Positions 27,250 through 32,000 of a DNA stretch of 32,000 nt are shown piece after piece; positions within the stretch are counted from its first letter, which is position 1, and each line of letters begins with the position of its first letter. The DNA comes from an uncultured Clostridia bacterium. Its GTDB lineage: Bacteria > Bacillota > Clostridia > Christensenellales > JAWKQI01. A model generated the notes under the pieces. It did not search any database and was not told the origin of the DNA. It saw only the letters and a program-made list of their open reading frames with translations. Both the position numbers and the translations under genes were made by a program. The stretch covers positions 106,301 through 138,300 of the forward strand of contig CAYVRJ010000001.1 of the NCBI GenBank assembly GCA_964453645.1, in the 5' to 3' direction.

Positions 27250-27921
27250 ATGAGTCTAAGTGCGATCAATAGTGTTGAATACTTAGTTTATGCCGACACA
27301 ATAATCGAAAGCTTACAAGTTAGATTTATACATAGAAAAATAGATAAGTTTAATTCAAAATTGAGCGACAACCTAAAAAACGAAATAACAAAACGGGTTT
27401 TAAGACAAATTTGGCTAAGGCCAAATGGCAGCGGTTTGGTGGAGCAGGCGAAGCTTGACGTGGCGAATCGGATTGCAGAACTAGTGGCCGAAAAACCTTG
27501 CGAAGATTATATCAACCTAGAGGGGTTTTTGCAGTTTCGCATGAAGGATTACGTGGAGCGATGGAGCCAGTGCGTGGACGAAGTGATCGACGAGTTGGTG
27601 GAAGAATCGGCCTATAACGAGTTTATCCACGTTCTCAAAAGCTTTGTGGAACTAAACGAACCCATGTGCGGCAATGTGCACATATATTTCGACAAAAACG
27701 GGTATCGTCTGACAGATGATGAAAACCAACCCATCCCTCTGGCCGGAATGGAGGAGTGCAGTTGGTTTAGTATGGATATGACCAATGCGGATAAACTGCT
27801 ATCAACACTCATCAATTTGTGTCCCTTGCGGATCACCATGCATATTGCCGGAAAGGTGGAGCGAAAAGGTCTCATTCAGACCATCGCAACAGTATTCGAG
27901 GGCAGAGTGGAGTATGTTTAA
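27250..27921 (+). CDS. ytxC: YtxC-like sporulation protein
   Basis: 223 aa with EGFLQFRMKDYVERWSQCVDEVIDELVEESAYNEFIHVLKSFVELNEP, resembling the YtxC family; GGAGAG RBS. Confidence 0.75.
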   Translation: MSLSAINSVEYLVYADTIIESLQVRFIHRKIDKFNSKLSDNLKNEITKRVLRQIWLRPNGSGLVEQAKLDVANRIAELVAEKPCEDYINLEGFLQFRMKDYVERWSQCVDEVIDELVEESAYNEFIHVLKSFVELNEPMCGNVHIYFDKNGYRLTDDENQPIPLAGMEECSWFSMDMTNADKLLSTLINLCPLRITMHIAGKVERKGLIQTIATVFEGRVEYV

Positions 27922-28481
27922 ATGTTTTTGAGGGCAAGGTTTAATTTAAAGACTGGAAGCCCCACTACATTAAAATAATCTCCGTTGATTTTTTCAACAA
28001 ACTTTGCCCCGTAACCCTGTATGCCATACGCTCCAGCCTTGTCCAAGTGTTCCCCTGTCTCTAAATATCGTTTAATTTCTTCGTCGGGAATTTGACCGAA
28101 GGTGACAGACGTTCGCTCACAAAAGCCCATACGTTTACCCGACAAGGTGTTGATGAGACAAACCCCAGTAAACACGTGATGGGTTCGTCCCGACAACATT
28201 TTGAGCATGAGAAAGGCCTGATCGTCGGATTTAGGCTTTTGCATAATGCGTCCGTTTAGCTCCACAATCGTGTCACAACCAATGACAATGGATTCGTCCA
28301 GCACCCGAAGGGCTACGTCCAGCGCCTTTTGCTGGGCGAGTTTTTTTGTGTATTCGTCGGGATCGCAAAGGGGTATGGCCGATTCGTCCACTTGACTCAC
28401 CAGAATAGAAAACTTGGGAACGATTAATTTTAACAGCTCCTGTCGCCTTTTGGATGCAGATGCCAAAACCACACTCAACAT
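27918..28481 (-). CDS. maf: Maf-like nucleotide pyrophosphatase
   Basis: VVLASASKRRQELL, VIGCDTIVELNGRIMQKP, LSGRTHHVFTGVCL, GAYGIQGYGAKFVEKINGDYFNVVGLP. Start moved to the ATG at 28481, just after the rnfB stop. Confidence 0.93.
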   Translation of the reverse strand: MLSVVLASASKRRQELLKLIVPKFSILVSQVDESAIPLCDPDEYTKKLAQQKALDVALRVLDESIVIGCDTIVELNGRIMQKPKSDDQAFLMLKMLSGRTHHVFTGVCLINTLSGKRMGFCERTSVTFGQIPDEEIKRYLETGEHLDKAGAYGIQGYGAKFVEKINGDYFNVVGLPVFKLNLALKNI

Positions 28482-28485
28482 TGTT

Positions 28486-29298
28486 TTACCAATTTTCCTC
28501 CGCAATTCGATCGATAATCTTTGTGGGACACTTCTTTGCACATGTCAAACAGTTGGTGCACTTCTCGTGTTCAAAGACGGGGATGTTGTCGGCCATGGTG
28601 AGGGCACCTGCCTCGCAGTTTTTGGCGCAAAGGCCGCAGCCAATGCAACCCACTTTACACACCGACAAAACCTCTTTACCCTTACCCGTGTTGCGGCAAG
28701 CGATATAAAAGGAGTGTGCCTCGTCCTCGATGACGATACACTTTTTGGGGCAGATGTTCACGCATTTGGCACAGCCCGTGCACTTGGTAGTGTCTACATA
28801 TGCCACTCCCCGGTCGTTCACGGAGATGGCACCAAAGGGGCAGACGTTGGTACAAGTGCCAAACCCAAGGCAGCCGTACGCGCAGGCCTTAAACCCACCC
28901 GCAACAGCAAATGCGCTCCGGCAGTCTGAAAGCCCTGCATAGGCAAAGGCATTCACACTCAAGTCCTCACCCCCCGAACAGAGCACCCGTGCGTGCTTCT
29001 CAGACAGCTTGGAGAGGGAAACACCCAAGATTTCACTGGCCTTTTGGGCATTTTCTTTAGAGATAACACCGCAAGCGGTGATGTTTGCATTGCCTTCGCA
29101 CACGGCTTGGGCTAAACCCGCACAGCCGGGAAAACCGCAGCCCCCGCAGTTTGCACCGGGCAATAGTTCTGCTATTTCGTCAAAGTGTGCCACTTTTTCA
29201 ACAGCAAATTTTTTGGAAGCAATGCCAAGGCCAATGCCAAAGAGCAGTCCCAAGCCCCCAAGAATGGAAAGGGGCAGAAGTAACGATTGAAAGTCCAT
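28486..29298 (-). CDS. rnfB: Electron transport complex protein RnfB
   Basis: N-terminal TM, CGGCGFPGCAGLAQAVCEG Fe-S motif and multiple 4Fe-4S CxxCxxCxxxCP motifs. Confidence 0.93.
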   Translation of the reverse strand: MDFQSLLLPLSILGGLGLLFGIGLGIASKKFAVEKVAHFDEIAELLPGANCGGCGFPGCAGLAQAVCEGNANITACGVISKENAQKASEILGVSLSKLSEKHARVLCSGGEDLSVNAFAYAGLSDCRSAFAVAGGFKACAYGCLGFGTCTNVCPFGAISVNDRGVAYVDTTKCTGCAKCVNICPKKCIVIEDEAHSFYIACRNTGKGKEVLSVCKVGCIGCGLCAKNCEAGALTMADNIPVFEHEKCTNCLTCAKKCPTKIIDRIAEENW

Positions 29299-29310
29299 AA
29301 ATATACCCCC

Positions 29311-29889
29311 CTATATCATGCCGCTAAAGCCCATAAATGCAACGCTCATGAGCGCCGCACTGATGAGGGCGATGGGGATACCCTGCATGGCCTTTGGGAT
29401 GTTGGAGAGCTCCAGTCGTTCCCGAATGCCCGCAAACAACACGATGGCTAAGGTGAACCCGATGGCCGCACCGATGCCGTTCACAAGGGTGCCCACAAAG
29501 CCGTACTGTTCAGTGATGTTCAGGATGGCCACGCCCAGCACCGCACAGTTGGTGGTGATGAGGGGCAAAAACACACCCAGTGCCTGATACAGCGAAGGGG
29601 AGAGCTTTTGCAGTGCCATTTCTACTAGCTGCACCAGCGCAGCGATGACGAGAATAAACGCAACGGTTTGTAAATATCCAATTCCTAGGGGAACGAGAAT
29701 AAAGTACCAGACGAAATAGGTGATGACCGAAGCGAGTGCCATAACGAAGGTGACGGCAAGGCCCATGCCCGCAGCAGTCTGCACCCGTTTGGATACCCCA
29801 AGAAAGGGGCAGATGCCCAAAAACCGGGATAAAACAAAGTTGTTGACTAAAATGGAACTGAGTAGTATTAAGAAGATATTTTCTTTCAT
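29311..29889 (-). CDS. rnfA: Electron transport complex protein RnfA
   Basis: 192 aa membrane protein; ILVNNFVLSRFLGICPFLGVSK, YFVWYFILVPLGIGYLQTVAFILVIAALVQLVEM. Confidence 0.94.
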   Translation of the reverse strand: MKENIFLILLSSILVNNFVLSRFLGICPFLGVSKRVQTAAGMGLAVTFVMALASVITYFVWYFILVPLGIGYLQTVAFILVIAALVQLVEMALQKLSPSLYQALGVFLPLITTNCAVLGVAILNITEQYGFVGTLVNGIGAAIGFTLAIVLFAGIRERLELSNIPKAMQGIPIALISAALMSVAFMGFSGMI

Positions 29890-30500
29890 GCCTGACCTCC
29901 CCGCTTATTTTCCCGCTTGTTGTTGATGGCGTTGATTAAGGCGAGCACCAAACCAAGGGTTAAAAATCCACCCGGTGCCATGATCATGATGAGGGCAGAG
30001 GGGAAACTTTCACCAAAGAGGGGAAAACCCAGTAGCGTGCCGTTGCCCACAATCTCCCGGATGAAGGAGAGCACGCACAGTCCCAAAGTGAACCCCAATC
30101 CCATACCCAAGCCGTCTACTAAGGATTGAAACACCGTGTGCTTAGAGGCAAAGGATTCCGCACGGGCGAGAATGATACAGTTGACTACGATGAGGGGGAT
30201 GAACAACCCCAAAGATTTGTCCAGATCGGGCAGATAGGCCTTGAGGGCCAACTGAACGATGGTCACAAAGGAGGCGATAACTACGATAAACGCAGGGATG
30301 CGCACCTTGCTGGGTATAAAGTTGCGAAGGAGGGAGATGACCACATTGGAACAAATGAGCACAAAGGTGGCCGCAAGCCCCATGCCGATTCCGTTGGAAA
30401 GGGCGGTGGTCACCGCTAAGGTGGGGCACATGCCCAAAACCAGCACAAAAGTTGGGTTTTGGCTAAATATTCCGTCTTTTAATATTTTTAGAGGTTTCAC
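29886..30500 (-). CDS. rnfE: Electron transport complex protein RnfE
   Basis: PLKILKDGIFSQNPTFVLVLGMCPTLAVTTALSNGIGMG. Likely GTG start at 30500 with a GGGAGG RBS and GTGA overlap with the rnfG stop. Confidence 0.93.
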   Translation of the reverse strand: MKPLKILKDGIFSQNPTFVLVLGMCPTLAVTTALSNGIGMGLAATFVLICSNVVISLLRNFIPSKVRIPAFIVVIASFVTIVQLALKAYLPDLDKSLGLFIPLIVVNCIILARAESFASKHTVFQSLVDGLGMGLGFTLGLCVLSFIREIVGNGTLLGFPLFGESFPSALIMIMAPGGFLTLGLVLALINAINNKRENKRGGQA

Positions 30501-31063
30501 TTTGCACCTCCCAATTCTTTGCATAACGTTAAAGCCAAATTCACAGCGTGGGTCACACCCTTAGAAGAAAGGGTTGCACCCGAGATGGCTTGGATTTCGC
30601 TGTCCAAAGATGGTGGGTTTTTCACCACTTTGAGTTCCCCAACCTTGCCCGCAAACTGGCCTAAGAAAACCGGTTCGCTGGCCTTTGATCCAAGGCCGGG
30701 GGTTTCCTGCATGGACGTGATGTACACGTTGGAGACTGAACCATCGGCATGTATGCCCACGGCTACGTTGAGCCCACTGTTGTACCCCTTTGTTGAGATG
30801 TTCACAACATATCCAACGGTTTCACTTTGGTTTACACCTCGAAACAGGCTTTGCACCTCGGGGTAGCCGCTGGGCTTTGAAAGTTCTTGGAATTCTTGAG
30901 CTTGGGGTAAAACGATCTGCTGGGACTGTTTTAACACTTCTTGGTCCCGTGCTGCTATTTCTCCAAAAGTGAGCTGATAGGCACCGCCCAGCAGCAGTGC
31001 GCTGAGGGCACAAATGAGGGTGAGCCGCCAAGCCAAGTTGAATGTGGATTCTTTGTTCTTCAT
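30497..31063 (-). CDS. rnfG: Electron transport complex protein RnfG (FMN-binding)
   Basis: N-terminal TM, FMN-binding domain with GLGSKA and the flavinylation-site-like ISGATLSSKGVTHAV. Confidence 0.91.
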   Translation of the reverse strand: MKNKESTFNLAWRLTLICALSALLLGGAYQLTFGEIAARDQEVLKQSQQIVLPQAQEFQELSKPSGYPEVQSLFRGVNQSETVGYVVNISTKGYNSGLNVAVGIHADGSVSNVYITSMQETPGLGSKASEPVFLGQFAGKVGELKVVKNPPSLDSEIQAISGATLSSKGVTHAVNLALTLCKELGGAK

Positions 31064-32000
31064 TTTGCACCTCCGTACAGCCTTGGTTTTACAGTCTTTT
31101 CAAGGAGAGGAGTGCACACGTTGGCAATGAGGATGGCAAAGGAAACGCCCTCGGGGTATCCGCCGTATATACGAATGACGGATGTTAATACCCCGCACAG
31201 CAGCCCATAAATAAAACGGGCACGGGTGGTCACAGGGGAACTGGCGTAGTCCGTGGCCATGAAAATGGCACCGATAAAGAGTCCGCCACCTAAAATCTCG
31301 TATAAGCCATAAAGGGGGGAGAAACCAACGGGGGAGAGCAGGGTTGTGAGCACAAACACAGTTGAAATGTAGACAAGGGGAATCACCGGGTGAATCACCT
31401 TGCGGATGACCAAATATAACCCCCCGAGGAGCAGGGCTATGGCAGAAACTTCCCCGATGCATCCGGCAATGTTGCCTGTGAACATGTCCATCAATGGGGG
31501 GACAGAGGCCATATCTCCCGCTTTGAGCAGAGCCAAGGGAGTTGCGGAAGACACCGCATCCACCAGTGGCTGGCTCCACGTCGTCATATACACCGGCCAA
31601 GAGATGAGCATCACACACCGGGCAGCCAGTGCAGGGTTTAAGAAATTGTGGGCCAAACCGCCAAAGGCCTGCTTGGCGATGGCGATGGCGAATATACCGC
31701 CGATCACGGGCAGCCACAGGGGAATTTCGGGGGGAAGGTTTAACCCCAAGAGAAGCCCCGTGATGATTGCAGAAAAATCGTTGATGGTAACGGGTACTCG
31801 CCGAAGTTTTTGTATGACAAACTCAGTGGCAACGCAGGTGAGTACGCATAACCCCACCACCAACAAAGAGTACAATCCAAACAGTACAGCCCCAACGATG
31901 GTTGCGGGGATCAGTGCGATCACCACGTCCTTCATGAGCCGGGGTACGGTGACGTTGGAGTGGACGTGGGGGGAGGAGGAGAGGTATAAACTATTGTTTG
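31060..32000 (-). CDS. rnfD: Electron transport complex protein RnfD, 5' end cut by the window edge
   Basis: Multi-TM protein with VDAVSSATPLALLKAG. The reading frame stays open upstream of the ORF-track ATG (31935) to 32000 and encodes NNSLYLSSSPHVHSNVTVPRLMKDVVIALIPA, matching the conserved RnfD N-terminus. Confidence 0.9.
   Translation of the reverse strand, partial: NNSLYLSSSPHVHSNVTVPRLMKDVVIALIPATIVGAVLFGLYSLLVVGLCVLTCVATEFVIQKLRRVPVTINDFSAIITGLLLGLNLPPEIPLWLPVIGGIFAIAIAKQAFGGLAHNFLNPALAARCVMLISWPVYMTTWSQPLVDAVSSATPLALLKAGDMASVPPLMDMFTGNIAGCIGEVSAIALLLGGLYLVIRKVIHPVIPLVYISTVFVLTTLLSPVGFSPLYGLYEILGGGLFIGAIFMATDYASSPVTTRARFIYGLLCGVLTSVIRIYGGYPEGVSFAILIANVCTPLLEKTVKPRLYGGAK

Noticed and set aside
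30126-30429. ORFs on both strands overlapping rnfE
   Set aside because: Composition-driven shadows of rnfE; no independent evidence.
31100-31717. 205-aa same-strand ORF overlapping rnfD in another frame
   Set aside because: Fully inside well-supported rnfD; composition (Arg/His/Pro-rich, MAARDRRYIRHRHRQAGLWRF) is typical of an out-of-frame shadow translation.
1-32000. CRISPR arrays, tRNA/rRNA genes, transposases, integrases or phage genes
   Set aside because: Looked for regularly spaced direct repeats, mobile-element protein motifs and structural RNA signatures and saw none.

Overview
This 32 kb window looks like a chromosomal segment from a sporulating, anaerobic Firmicute (Clostridia-type). 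The evidence is a YtxC-like gene, a SPOCS+LysM gene and an Rnf operon. It has five parts. (1) A tightly packed + strand run (14-10485): UroD-like methyltransferase-family protein, Gfo/Idh/MocA oxidoreductase, two TIM-barrel sugar isomerase/epimerases, an ABC/GldG/DUF4340 export-type module, deoC and a PfkB kinase. A convergent MFS transporter (TTG start) follows. (2) A nucleotide-sugar cassette (11.8-20.6 kb) behind a near-consensus promoter: B12-binding-type radical SAM protein, gmd, fcl-like, a DegT-family enzyme with the catalytic Lys replaced by His (ColD-like 3-dehydratase signature), phosphohexomutase, manC and a GT11-type (alpha-1,2-fucosyl/colitosyl) transferase. A metallophosphoesterase follows. 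Gene content suggests GDP-L-fucose and/or a GDP-3,6-dideoxyhexose (GDP-colitose-like) pathway ending in one GT11 transferase, which is the most interesting system in the window. (3) HD-GYP protein, small membrane/coiled-coil protein and a PBP2a-like transpeptidase. (4) SPOCS/LysM protein, YtxC-like protein and Maf. (5) rnfD(partial)-G-E-A-B on the - strand. I found no rRNA, tRNA, CRISPR array or transposase. Notable small-scale features are a duplicated leader upstream of gmd and manC, a terminator buried in the convergent MFS coding end, two 4-nt shared-stop convergent junctions, and several start sites that should be moved.
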